Positions 19,480-29,022 of a stretch of 64,000 nt of DNA are shown here, in pieces. The notes beneath the pieces are model-generated. The model made no database searches. It worked only from the letters and a program-made list of their open reading frames with translations, and had not been told where the DNA came from. How positions within the stretch are numbered: position 1 is the first letter of the stretch; every line of letters begins with the position of its first letter. The stretch comes from Thermoanaerobaculia bacterium (GTDB lineage: Bacteria > Acidobacteriota > Thermoanaerobaculia > Multivoradales > Multivoraceae): the NCBI GenBank assembly GCA_963666565.1, contig OY762911.1, positions 896,001 through 960,000 of the forward strand, read 5' to 3'. The position numbers and the translations under genes are program-made.

Positions 19480-20167
19480 CCGGAACCGGGCCCACGGATT
19501 CGGCGCCATGGGGGCGGGCGTGCCGGCGCCCGCCTCCATGTTTCCCGGGGCGGCGCGGCCAGGCGGCGGCTGGCGCGGTTTCACGCTCGTCGAGCTCCTG
19601 ATCGCCACCGCGATTCTCGCCCTGCTCGCGACGCTGGCGACGCCGCCGCTGCGCCAGCAGATCTCCCAGCACCGGGTGCGACTCGCCGCGGCCGAGGTCG
19701 CGGCGGCCTTCTGGACGGCACGCGCCGGCGCGGCCCGGCACGGCGTCGCCCTCGCGGTTCGGTTCGAGGTCGACGAGGCCGCGCCGGACGCGGGGACGTC
19801 CGTCTTCTCGCTCTACGCCGACGGCGACGGCGACGGCGTGCGCACCGCCGACCTGCGCAACGGCACGGATCCCCGGATCGGGCGGCCGGCCCGCCTGCTC
19901 CACGTCGGCGGCGGACTGCGCTTCGGCTTCCCGGAAGGCCTCGAACCCCGCAGCTTCACGGGCTCGGGCCGGATGGACCGGCTGGACGACCCGGTCCGGT
20001 TCGGCCGCAGCGACCTGGCCTCGTTCGGCCCGCTCGGCACGGCCAGCCCGGGCAGCGTCTTCCTCACGGACGGCTACCACCTGTTCGCGGTCCGGGTCTA
20101 CAACCGCACGGGGAAGATCCGGATCCTCCGCTACGTCCGGGAGCGGGAGGAGTGGAAGGGAATCTGA
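19457..20167 (+). CDS. Prepilin-type (GspH/FimT-like) protein
   Basis: G/FTLVELLIA type IV prepilin cleavage motif, then AA.EVAAAF..AR..A; true start may be downstream. Confidence 0.8.
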   Translation: MNPPTAPDRNRAHGFGAMGAGVPAPASMFPGAARPGGGWRGFTLVELLIATAILALLATLATPPLRQQISQHRVRLAAAEVAAAFWTARAGAARHGVALAVRFEVDEAAPDAGTSVFSLYADGDGDGVRTADLRNGTDPRIGRPARLLHVGGGLRFGFPEGLEPRSFTGSGRMDRLDDPVRFGRSDLASFGPLGTASPGSVFLTDGYHLFAVRVYNRTGKIRILRYVREREEWKGI

Positions 20168-20194
20168 AAACGACGAACTCAGGGAGTTCGAGCG

Positions 20195-20497
20195 ATGAGT
20201 GCACAGCCCCAGTTCGATACGCTTGCCGCTGCCCGGGCCCTCCAGGGTGCAGGTATGGACTCGACGCAGGCGGAGACGGTGGCGGAGAAGATCAACGAGG
20301 CGGTTGCTGCGGCGGACATGCCGCACCGGTCCGAGATATCGGCGCTTCGTGCAGAGCTGCGCGCCGAGATGACCTCGCTCCGCTCGGAGTTGCGCGCCGA
20401 CATGGCCGCGCTGGAAACCCGCCTCACTTGGCGCATGTTCCTGGTTGTCGGCAGCCTGCTCGCGCTGGCGACGACGATCGAACGATTGCTCGGCTGA
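20195..20497 (+). CDS. DUF1640/CCDC90-like coiled-coil protein with C-terminal TM
   Basis: FDTLAAARALQGAGM...QAE, heptad LRAE repeats, C-terminal hydrophobic helix. Confidence 0.7.
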   Translation: MSAQPQFDTLAAARALQGAGMDSTQAETVAEKINEAVAAADMPHRSEISALRAELRAEMTSLRSELRADMAALETRLTWRMFLVVGSLLALATTIERLLG

Positions 20498-20538
20498 GCG
20501 CCGGCGACGGGTCTGCCCGGGCGCGCTACGCTCCGCGC

Positions 20539-21594
20539 ATGACGGTGGAGCAACCTGGCGCGGCGGAACAGCGCTTCTCGCCGATCCGGTGGAGCGGCGA
20601 CGAGCTTCTGCTGCTGGACCAGACCCGGCTGCCGGAGCGGGAGATCTGGCTTCACTGCCGGCGGCCGGAGGACGTCGCCGGCGCGATTCGCCGGCTCTCC
20701 GTGCGCGGCGCGCCGGCCATCGGCGTCGCCGCGGCCTATGGCCTGGTCCTCGGCGCCGGCGACTTCGACGCCGCCTGGGAGCTGCTGCTCTCCACCCGGC
20801 CGACCGCGGTCAACCTGCGCTGGGCGCTGGAACAGGGCCGCGCGGTCCGCGACCGCTGCGCCGTGGCCGGAGAGGAGGCCCGTCTGCGGGAACGCTTGCT
20901 CGACTGGGCCCGCGAACTGCACCGCCAGGACGTCGAGGCGAACCGCCGCATCGGCCGCTTCGGCCGCGAACTGTTCGAGCAGGGCGACCGGGTCCTGACC
21001 CACTGCAACACCGGCGCCCTCGCCACGGCGGGCTACGGCACCGCCATCGGCGTCGTCGAGGCGGCCTGGTCCGCCGGCCGGCTGGCCAGCGTCTGGGTCG
21101 ACGAGACGCGGCCGCTGCTCCAGGGCGCCCGGCTGACCACCTGGGAACTGGCACGGCTCGAGATCCCGCACCGGCTGATCACCGACAACAGCGCCGGCGC
21201 CGTCATCGCGCGCGGCTGGGTCCAGAAGATCGTCGTCGGCGCCGACCGGGTCGCCGCCAACGGCGACGTGGCGAACAAGGTCGGCACCTACACCGTGGCC
21301 GTGCTGGCGGCCCGGCACGGCGTGCCGTTCTACGTCGCGGCGCCCCTGTCGACGATCGACCGCGACACGGCGTCCGGCGCCAACATCCCGATCGAGGAGC
21401 GCGATCCGGACGAAGTCGTCCACGCCTTCGGCAAGCGGATCGCTCCGCGGGACACCGAGGCCCTCAACTTGGCCTTCGACGTGACGCCGGCCGAACTCGT
21501 CGCGGGCCTGATCACGGATGCCGGCGTGCTTCGGCCGCCCTACACGGAGTCGATCGCCTCGGCCTTCGGAAACCGGGAATCCGCCGGCCGTTGA
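20539..21594 (+). CDS. mtnA: S-methyl-5-thioribose-1-phosphate isomerase
   Basis: LDQTRLP, VRGAPAIG, RPTAVNL, THCNTGALAT, ETRPLLQGARLT, NKVGTY. Confidence 0.96.
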   Translation: MTVEQPGAAEQRFSPIRWSGDELLLLDQTRLPEREIWLHCRRPEDVAGAIRRLSVRGAPAIGVAAAYGLVLGAGDFDAAWELLLSTRPTAVNLRWALEQGRAVRDRCAVAGEEARLRERLLDWARELHRQDVEANRRIGRFGRELFEQGDRVLTHCNTGALATAGYGTAIGVVEAAWSAGRLASVWVDETRPLLQGARLTTWELARLEIPHRLITDNSAGAVIARGWVQKIVVGADRVAANGDVANKVGTYTVAVLAARHGVPFYVAAPLSTIDRDTASGANIPIEERDPDEVVHAFGKRIAPRDTEALNLAFDVTPAELVAGLITDAGVLRPPYTESIASAFGNRESAGR

Positions 21595-21607
21595 CCTGCA
21601 GCCTGCG

Positions 21608-23317
21608 TTACCAGAGTCGTGAGACCTCGTCGTCGTACCCGGTCATTTCCCAACGCATGAGCGACCAGGGTATCTGGCCCGTGGCGTAGACCTCGTCCAG
21701 GAACTCCCGCAAGACGAAGTCGTCGCCGAGTTGATTGGCGCGGTCTCGCATCAGTTTCATGAACTGGACCTTCCCCAGGACCATGAGCATGTGATGCCCC
21801 ACGCCGCGCAGCGTCGTGTCCAGTTCGAACCAAAGGTGGTGGCTGCCCTCCAGCAGTTCCCCGTGCGGCGCATTGTCGATGCAGAACTGCGTCGCCTCTT
21901 CCAGGCTCCAGTCGCCGCTGTGCATGTAGATGTCGGAGAGTGCGCGCACGGTGCGGAAAGCCGCCTGTTCGTAGGTGACCTCCCTGCCGTGGGGATTGCG
22001 TCCGTCCAGGTACCCCGCATGCATCAGCAACTCCTCGAGGGCGAACGCAAGTCCCTCGTCCCGAGCCGTGGAGATCTTGTACGGCCGCTCGCCGCCGCGG
22101 ATCGGCCGCTCGTCTCGCTCGGCCCGGAGCATGTCGAAGTGATGGCCGACCAGCTCATGCGTATTCTCCATCACCGCCTCGCGGTGGGAGAAGTTGAAGA
22201 AGTAGTCGTGCGTCTCGGGCCAGGGATCCTCCAAGGAGTAGCCCTTTCCAAAGAGGCGCGAGTCGAAATAGTCATCCGGCACGAGGAAGTCGTGCACGGT
22301 GAAGATCTCCTCGTCGCGCAGAAAGTCCATGACATGATCGACGGCTTCCTCGATGCCCTCTCTGTACTCGACCTGTGACCCGACAGGTACAAGGGGTGGA
22401 ACGTCGCGATTGCGGTTTTCCTCCAGTCGCTGGAAGGTGATCACGCGATTGTCCTCGAGCTCGACGATCGTCCGAATGTCCTCCCAGGTGTAGGGAACCA
22501 GATACACGTTTCTGAGCAGCCAGTTGTAGTTCTCCTTGTCCACACCGGCAGTGCCCGTCATCCGGTGTTCGTTGGACCGAATCCAGTCTTCATAGTCGTC
22601 GATGGCGGTCAGCGCCGACTCGACGTCGGCTACGAGTTCCGGATGATGAGTCCTGAGACCCTGAGCGAGCGATCCATAGGACGATCTGGTATCTCCGATG
22701 GAGAGGATCGCCAGAGTGGCCAGGTCGGCGGCGACAAGCGAAAAGTCGTTGAGATTCTCTTTCGCCTGCTGCACCAGATCCGGTACCGACCTGAGCCTCG
22801 ATTGCAGATCCGCGACCTCGTTCCCCTGGAGCGGCGGTTCAGCTACCCAGGCGAACGTGGCGATCACGTCGTTGTAGAAGCCGGGATCCGTCGACCAGGG
22901 ACTGAGAACCCGGTGCTGGAACTCATAGCCGTTCATCTCCGCCCGGACGAGGTGGTAGTCGACCTGTTCCGGGATCGTCCAGCCCGCGGGATCGATCGAC
23001 TTCAACCGCTCCTGGAACGTGCTCAGTTCGCGGTACTTCTCCGCCATCGCATCGGCGGAGAAGTCCGGTTCGGCGTCCAGGTTCGAGAGGATCCAGCCGC
23101 TCTGCGAATAGGACTGCATGTTGCCGGCGCCAGCTTGCTGGAACGAACGAAACTCTCCGAACAGGGAGACCAGGTCCGCGTAGTCGGCGCTTGCGATAGG
23201 CGGAGTCGTGTCGCTGTCGGCGGCATCGCCTCCCGAGTCGTTCGGCAGCAACAGGTACAGGACGAGGCCGGCGAGGACGACCACCAGTGCGACGAGAAGA
23301 TTGCGGTTGGTTATCAT
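21608..23317 (-). CDS. DUF885-like exported protein
   Basis: N-terminal TM, THELVGHH, EGLAFALEE, A.R..RA..D..MH, GK.Q...L, LREF.D. Confidence 0.7.
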   Translation of the reverse strand: MITNRNLLVALVVVLAGLVLYLLLPNDSGGDAADSDTTPPIASADYADLVSLFGEFRSFQQAGAGNMQSYSQSGWILSNLDAEPDFSADAMAEKYRELSTFQERLKSIDPAGWTIPEQVDYHLVRAEMNGYEFQHRVLSPWSTDPGFYNDVIATFAWVAEPPLQGNEVADLQSRLRSVPDLVQQAKENLNDFSLVAADLATLAILSIGDTRSSYGSLAQGLRTHHPELVADVESALTAIDDYEDWIRSNEHRMTGTAGVDKENYNWLLRNVYLVPYTWEDIRTIVELEDNRVITFQRLEENRNRDVPPLVPVGSQVEYREGIEEAVDHVMDFLRDEEIFTVHDFLVPDDYFDSRLFGKGYSLEDPWPETHDYFFNFSHREAVMENTHELVGHHFDMLRAERDERPIRGGERPYKISTARDEGLAFALEELLMHAGYLDGRNPHGREVTYEQAAFRTVRALSDIYMHSGDWSLEEATQFCIDNAPHGELLEGSHHLWFELDTTLRGVGHHMLMVLGKVQFMKLMRDRANQLGDDFVLREFLDEVYATGQIPWSLMRWEMTGYDDEVSRLW

Positions 23318-23588
23318 GTTCCGCCCCCGAATGCTGCTTGCCGTTGTCTTGTCGTCCGCGAACTTCCTGTCCTGGCGCTCACCCGCCGAAGATGACCGCT
23401 GCCCCTCCGGGCGGCTGCGGACGCCCCACACGGGGTGCGCCGGCGTCTCCGCCGGCAGCCGCCGAAAGGCGGCCAGAGGATGAGGGCGACGAACGTCGCT
23501 CGGTCAATCATATGGGCACGTCCATCCATATGGGCATGTCCACCGAGCCGCTGACTGTGCCGCTGGCCGACCGGGGCGTTGCCGGCTG

Positions 23589-24761
23589 TTGAGCGGTCAT
23601 CAGGACCTCAGCGCCGCCTTCGAGCAATTCGCGCGCGTCGAGGCGCCGGACCTCGACTCGCCGACGTACGCGGAACTTGCGGCGGGCGTGGCCGGAGACG
23701 GCGAACTGCTGGCGCTGGCGGCGCGCCGGCAGGCGGGTCAGCCGGCGCCGAACATGCTGTTCGGGGCGGTGCAGTACCTGCTCCTGCAGGGAGTCGAGCA
23801 CCCGCTCGCGGCCCACTACCCGATCCTGGCCGGCGGTGAGCGTTCGGCGGGGCCGAGCCGGCCGGTCGCGCCCTCCGCCGGCGCCGGCGGTGGTTCGCCG
23901 GCGTCCGGGCCGGGCGCCGGGAACGAAGGCGTTCGGCCCGCCTTCCCGCTGTTCCGCGAGTTCTGCCTCGAACACCGGGAGAGGGTTGCCGAACTGATCG
24001 CGACCCGAAGCACCCAGACCCAGGTGGTGCGGCGCTGCACCTGCCTGCTGCCGGCCTTCGGCCTCGTCCACAGGGAAGCCCGCGCCCCGCTGGCGCTGGT
24101 CGACATCGGGGCCAGCGCCGGTCTCAACCTCCTCTTCGACCGCTACTCCTACCGGTACTGGAGAGTCGCGCGCGCGCCCCGCGAGCCTCGCGCACGGCGT
24201 GGCGACCCGCCTGCGCTCCTGCGCTGGGGACCGCCGGACGCAGCGGTCGCGCTCGACGCCGAGCTGCGGGGCGGCGAGCTGCCGCCGGCGCCGCCCGGCG
24301 AGATCCCGGTGGCTGGCCGCGACGGAATCGACCTCAACCCGATCGACCTTGACGACCCGGACCAGTTGCTCTGGCTGCGCGCGCTGATCTGGCCCGAGCA
24401 TGTGGAGCGGCACGCGCAACTAGTCGCCGCCGCGGCCGAGCTGAAGGAGCGCCCGGTACGGCTCCACCGAGGCGACGCGACGGCCATGCTCGGCGGCGTG
24501 CTCGACCGGGTTCCCGCCGGCGCCGCGCTCGTCGTCTACTCCACGATCGCGCTGTACCAGGTGCCCCCCGCAGGCCGCCGCCGGATCGCGCGAACCCTGG
24601 CCGAACGCAGCCGCTTGCGCCCCGTCTGGCAGGTCGCGCTCGAAGGCGTCCATCCTCCGAGGCTGACGCTGACGCGCTACCTCGACGGGTCGCGGCGCGG
24701 AACGGAGCTGCTCGCCCGCGCCTCGCCCCACGGCTGGTGGATGGAGTGGCGCGGCGCCTGA
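23589..24761 (+). CDS. DUF2332 family protein
   Basis: SPTYAEL, LFGAVQYL, TQTQ.V.RC, IGASAGLNL, GIDLNPID, WLRALIWPE, HGWW.EW. Confidence 0.85.
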   Translation: MSGHQDLSAAFEQFARVEAPDLDSPTYAELAAGVAGDGELLALAARRQAGQPAPNMLFGAVQYLLLQGVEHPLAAHYPILAGGERSAGPSRPVAPSAGAGGGSPASGPGAGNEGVRPAFPLFREFCLEHRERVAELIATRSTQTQVVRRCTCLLPAFGLVHREARAPLALVDIGASAGLNLLFDRYSYRYWRVARAPREPRARRGDPPALLRWGPPDAAVALDAELRGGELPPAPPGEIPVAGRDGIDLNPIDLDDPDQLLWLRALIWPEHVERHAQLVAAAAELKERPVRLHRGDATAMLGGVLDRVPAGAALVVYSTIALYQVPPAGRRRIARTLAERSRLRPVWQVALEGVHPPRLTLTRYLDGSRRGTELLARASPHGWWMEWRGA

Positions 24762-24860
24762 GCCGCTCGGCGGCGCTTTCCCGCGCGGCGATTCAGTACC
24801 GGGCTTCGCGGGCGGGCCGACGAAGTCGGCCGTTGTCGTCTGTGCGGGCGAAGGAGGCGA

Positions 24861-25207
24861 TGGTGGAGGCGGTGGGAATCGAACCCACGTCCGCGAGACT
24901 CGGCGCGAGGGATCTACGTGCGTAGCCTTCACTCGAAGTGTCGCCGCCGGCTTGGGTAGAAGGCCACCACGGCCAACGGCCTAGCCCCGAGAGAATCCGG
25001 CCTGGGTTCGGAGCAGCATCCAGGCGTTCGATCCACTTTGTCGTCGCTCCTGCCGGCGCCGTGAATCAAGGCCCCGGCAGGACCGTGACGGCTTCTAAGC
25101 CGCCAGTGCCAATTCGTCGTTGGCGAGTGTGAAAGGTCCGGTTAGCGAGTCGGACTCGGCACGCAACCCCCGAACCGCATGATCTCCCGTCGAAGCCATG
25201 CGCCCCC
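24861..25207 (-). ncRNA. ssrA: tmRNA, tag peptide ANDELALAA
   Basis: 5' GGGGGCG...TTCGAC, 3' GGGTTCGATTCCCACCGCCTCCACCA, G.U pair in acceptor, internal ORF ending LALAA* at 25095. Confidence 0.95.
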
Positions 25208-25218
25208 AGGGACCGGCG

Positions 25219-25224
25219 ATTCTA
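25219..25224 (-). promoter_or_regulatory. -10 box (TAGAAT) of ssrA
   Basis: TAGAAT 11 nt upstream of the mature 5' end. Confidence 0.55.
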
Positions 25225-25278
25225 CACGAGTCGCGACGGCGTGCGCGTCGGTTCGCGTGCCGGCGGTGGTGGCACCCG

Positions 25279-25449
25279 CCCGGCGTGTGGCTGAAGGAGG
25301 GGTCCCAGGGGCCGCTCGCGCTTTCCTGGTGGACGAGGGGTCGGCGCTCGCTTCGGTCGCCTGCGCTCCACGTCGGCATGGGCGTGTGTGACGGCGTGGC
25401 CGTCGCTTGGCTCCAGCCCCCTGGGACCCCTCCTTCAGCCCGCGCCGGG
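25279..25449 (+). repeat. Family B element copy 3, near-perfect terminal inverted repeats
   Basis: cccggcgtgtGGCTGAAGGAGGGGTCCCAGGGG ... CCCCTGGGACCCCTCCTTCAGCCcgcgccggg. Confidence 0.82.
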
Positions 25450-25858
25450 CTGGACGTCGTCGGGTAAGGGGACGCAGAGCGGAGCTTCGGTCTAGAGCTG
25501 GCGCGGGTATGGCTGCGCGGTCCGAGTGCACCGTCCTGCCGGTCTGGTGGGACGGCCTACGCTGGCGGCGGGTGTTTCCCGTGCTGCGCGAACTGGGAGC
25601 TTCGCCGGCCAAAAGTTCCTCCTGAGCCGCGCCTACGAGAAGACCGCGACCACGCCAGTTCGACCTCGACTTCGAACAGAAGCCGCAGCGCGATCTACCG
25701 GGCCTCTGACCGGCTCCGCTTAGCTGCTACGCTGAATCCGTCGTACCAAGGCGTGTGGGCTGGCCCAAGAGTCGGGTCGCCCGCCGAATACGAGAGCCGC
25801 TTACGGTCCGGGGTAGCTCCCCGGACTCGGTGAATAGACGGGACTCCAGAGCCGGCAC

Positions 25859-26056
25859 TTACCCGAGCTTCCTCTTCCGCTCCGGCTCTCCGCCATCGCC
25901 CGTCCCGGCGACCTCGATACTCCGGTTGACGCTCGAGATCGTTTTCTGCACTCGCTTGCTCGCGAGGAAGTCGTCGACGTTCTCTACGTAGAGAGCCCCG
26001 GATCCGGTGACCCTGAGCCGGTCGCCGTTCGCCCTCTTGCTGCTGTCGCTCTTCAC
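25859..26056 (-). CDS. Small hypothetical protein (65 aa)
   Basis: GTGA overlap with the acylase stop; non-repetitive MKSDSSKRANGDRLRVTGSGALYVENVDDFLASKRVQKTI... Confidence 0.4.
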   Translation of the reverse strand: MKSDSSKRANGDRLRVTGSGALYVENVDDFLASKRVQKTISSVNRSIEVAGTGDGGEPERKRKLG

Positions 26057-28278
26057 CGGTAGTCGCTGGGCCGGTAGGACCGGACCGTGTTCGCTTCCAC
26101 GTCCTCCCAGTAGAGCCACGCCGGCTTGAAGCGCCGTTCCGAGAGCAGCGTGGCCTGGTCGAAGAAGTGGGGCGACGCTGGCCGGTGGCTCTGGCCGTAG
26201 TGGAGGTAGCTCGCTCCGCGGGTTCTCTCGCCGAACTCGTAGACGGCCATGTAGGAGGCGCCGGTCGCGGCGTAGCGGAGCTTGCGTTCTTCGCCGTTCG
26301 GGAGGGTGGTGGGTGGCGAGTGGTACAGGGTGAAGGCGACGCCGAGGGGGCCGCGGACGCCGGCCAGCGGCAGGCTCGGCTCGTCGTCGGAGAAGGGAAC
26401 ACTGCCGGCTGAGGGTTGGTTCGCGTGGCGCTGGATGCGGTGGATGTCGCCGTAGGGGACGCGCCAGTCGCCGTAGAGATCCGCGAGCTTCTCCGCCGCC
26501 CGCTCCAGGGCGATGAACCGGGCGGCCATGTCGTTCACGTACTCGGGCTTGAGCGTCTCGACGGGGTAGCCGCGGCCGTAGAGCTCCTCGTACCAGCCGA
26601 CGGCCAGGGTGGCCTGGGTCGACGTGAGCGAACTCTCGTAGTCCCAGTCGAGCAGGTGCTCCAGGTAGGGGCGGACGCGGGCGGCGAGGTCCGGGTCGGT
26701 TCGTTCGAGGGTCTCCAGGCGGCGGGCGTAGACAGGGATCTCCGTCATCGGCCAGTAGAGAGTCGTGTCGTAGGCGAGGTCCTGGAAGTCCTCGAAGGTG
26801 AGGTCGCTGGCGTTGCGGAGCAGGTAGCGGGCCATCTTGGCGCGGCGCTTGTCGTCGTGCTTGTCCTCGACCATGTAGGGCGGGAAGTCGAGCAGCGAGG
26901 GGTTGCCGTCGTCGGTGGTCGTGAAGGGCGTCGAGTTGCAGTTCTGGACGTAGCCGGACGGCGGGTTGAGTACCTGCGGCAGCTCTTCGATGGGGTGGAA
27001 GGGGCCCCACTCGTTGTTCGGGTCGGCGCCGTCGACGGGCTTCGTCCAGTCGACCGACGGGTCGCGGCGGGCGATCGTGCCGTTGTAGAGGTAGAAGATG
27101 TTGCCGTCGGCGTCGGCGTAGGTCGTGTTGAAGGTCTGGAGAAGCTGCATCGAGACGGCGGCGTACCACTCGTCGAAATTCGTGGCCTTGGCCTGCGCCA
27201 GCGACTGGACGATGCGGCTGCCTTCGTAGAGGCGGGGCACGCGGACGGCCAGGTAGTGCGTGTCGTCTTCCCTGGCGACGATCGGGCCGTAGTGCGAGCG
27301 CCGGAGCGCGACCTCGCGCGGTTCGAGATTGCCGTCGCCGCCCAGGACGTGGATCGTGGCGCGCCATTCCTCCGCGTCGCGCCAGCCATGGCCGTAGCGG
27401 TACTTCAGCGGGTCGCTCGGGTGGTCGAACGTCAGGCGGTAGGTGTCCGAGATGTCGGCGGCGTTGACGGTGTAGGCCCAGCCGAGCCGCTCGTTGAAGC
27501 CGGCGGTCGGGAACGGGCTGCCGGGGAACATGGCGCCGGAGAAGTTCAGCCCTTCGTCGCTCACGACGTGCATCTCCGTGAACATCCCCGAGCCGTACCA
27601 GGGCTGGTGGGGATTGATGAAGAGCATGGCGGCGCCGTCGCGCGTCTTCGACGGCGCGACGGCCCACTGGTTCGAGCCGAGCGACGCGGCCAATTCCTCC
27701 GCCAGCCGCGGCAGCCGGCCACGCGGCGCGTGGGCGGCGCCGAGCAGCCGGCCGAGCATCATGTAGCGCTCGAATGCCAGTACGTGGAACGGTTCCATCC
27801 GGTCGAGCAGGCGCGGCTTCTCTTCCGGGTGCTTCTCCAGGTAGTCGTTGTAGCCGGCCGCGAAGCCCTCGGCGATGCCCTGAATGTGCTCGGGCAACGT
27901 CGCAAAGTCGCGGCGCGACGTCTCGACCAGGTCGAACAGGGCCACCTCCAAGTCGCTGCGGAACCCCGACTCGCCGACCACTTCGGCGTAGCGGCCGAGC
28001 GCCTTGATGTAGGTGTCCTCGAGCTGGAAGAAGTGGTCCTCGCACTGCGCCCAAGCCGAGCCGAAGGCGACTGCGGCGTCGGTCGACGCCTTGACGTGGG
28101 GCACGCCCCAGTGGTCGCGGTGGATGACGACGTCGGCCGCCCAGGAGGCTGCGTCCCGCGGGCCGCCAGCGGCTGCCGGGGTACTTCGCCCGGTTTCCGT
28201 GTCGGCGGCGCAGCCGACGACTGCGAGCGCAAGGACGGCCGGTGCGACCCGCTTCCTCAAGGGGTGGCTCGAATTCAT
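26053..28278 (-). CDS. Penicillin acylase family Ntn-hydrolase, likely lipoprotein
   Basis: RDHWGVPHV, catalytic GSNQWAV, INPHQPW, FNTTYADADGNIFY, QNCN; lipobox VVGC. Confidence 0.92.
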   Translation of the reverse strand: MNSSHPLRKRVAPAVLALAVVGCAADTETGRSTPAAAGGPRDAASWAADVVIHRDHWGVPHVKASTDAAVAFGSAWAQCEDHFFQLEDTYIKALGRYAEVVGESGFRSDLEVALFDLVETSRRDFATLPEHIQGIAEGFAAGYNDYLEKHPEEKPRLLDRMEPFHVLAFERYMMLGRLLGAAHAPRGRLPRLAEELAASLGSNQWAVAPSKTRDGAAMLFINPHQPWYGSGMFTEMHVVSDEGLNFSGAMFPGSPFPTAGFNERLGWAYTVNAADISDTYRLTFDHPSDPLKYRYGHGWRDAEEWRATIHVLGGDGNLEPREVALRRSHYGPIVAREDDTHYLAVRVPRLYEGSRIVQSLAQAKATNFDEWYAAVSMQLLQTFNTTYADADGNIFYLYNGTIARRDPSVDWTKPVDGADPNNEWGPFHPIEELPQVLNPPSGYVQNCNSTPFTTTDDGNPSLLDFPPYMVEDKHDDKRRAKMARYLLRNASDLTFEDFQDLAYDTTLYWPMTEIPVYARRLETLERTDPDLAARVRPYLEHLLDWDYESSLTSTQATLAVGWYEELYGRGYPVETLKPEYVNDMAARFIALERAAEKLADLYGDWRVPYGDIHRIQRHANQPSAGSVPFSDDEPSLPLAGVRGPLGVAFTLYHSPPTTLPNGEERKLRYAATGASYMAVYEFGERTRGASYLHYGQSHRPASPHFFDQATLLSERRFKPAWLYWEDVEANTVRSYRPSDYR

Positions 28279-28294
28279 CGGGCGGGGCGAGCGG

Positions 28295-28693
28295 TCAGTC
28301 GGTTGCTCGGAGCCGCTGAATCCGACCCGGCCACGCCAGTAGCTCGCGGTCCGCGGTTACCAGCCGGTGACCCTCCAGTGCCGTGGAGGCGATGATTCTG
28401 TCGGCTGGGTCGCCGTGGATGTCGTCGAGCAAGCCCGCTCGCAGCGCGATGTCGCCGGTCACCGGGATTTCGGTGATGCCTTGGTCCAGCAGAGATCGAC
28501 GCAACGCTTCCACGGCCAGGTCAAGCTGCACGCGGCCCTTTCTGACCAGCATCCCCATTTCCCAGAACGAGATCGCGGACACCGCGGCGTTGCCGGCAAC
28601 AACCGCCTCGTTGACCGCGTGGCGAGCGCGGCTGCCAAAGCGCCGGTCGTCGCGGATCATCCAGAGAAGGACCACCGTGTCGAGGAGCAGCAA
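28295..28693 (-). CDS. PIN-domain (VapC-like) toxin
   Basis: LLLDT.VLLW, VSAISFWE, HGDPADRII...A, LVTAD. Confidence 0.92.
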   Translation of the reverse strand: MLLLDTVVLLWMIRDDRRFGSRARHAVNEAVVAGNAAVSAISFWEMGMLVRKGRVQLDLAVEALRRSLLDQGITEIPVTGDIALRAGLLDDIHGDPADRIIASTALEGHRLVTADRELLAWPGRIQRLRATD

Positions 28694-28706
28694 AGGAGCC
28701 TCCTGC

Positions 28707-28970
28707 TCAGTCGGGGTCCTCGCCCAGGATGAGGGCTACTTTCCGCTCTTCATCCCACTCGCAGTCCAGGGGCGCCATGATGTCGCCGGTGATCTTGATC
28801 TGGTCCCGAAAGCAACCGAACAGGCTCTTGGGCTTCTCCCGGTAGGGCACCAGTCGCGACACCGGGCTGCCGTTCTTCGTGATGACCACCTCGTCGCCGG
28901 ATTCGGCGACCTCGTCCATCAGCTTGAGACAGGTCGCCTTGAACTCCGAGGCCTTGATCGTTCGTTCCAT
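28707..28970 (-). CDS. Phd/YefM family antitoxin
   Basis: IKASEFKATCLKLMDEVA..G.EVVITKNG.PV.RLVP. Confidence 0.93.
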   Translation of the reverse strand: MERTIKASEFKATCLKLMDEVAESGDEVVITKNGSPVSRLVPYREKPKSLFGCFRDQIKITGDIMAPLDCEWDEERKVALILGEDPD

Positions 28971-28999
28971 GGCACCGCCGACGGTATCACGCCTCCGGC

Positions 29000-29022
29000 C
29001 CATGGTCACGACCATGGTCACG
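29000..29022. promoter_or_regulatory. Probable TA operator
   Basis: ccatggtcacg x2 containing palindrome GACCATGGTC, 30 bp upstream of the antitoxin. Confidence 0.55.

Noticed and set aside
24761-24870. Island integrated at the tmRNA 3' end
   Set aside because: No duplicated ssrA 3' end beyond a 9-bp coincidence near 9402, and no integrase
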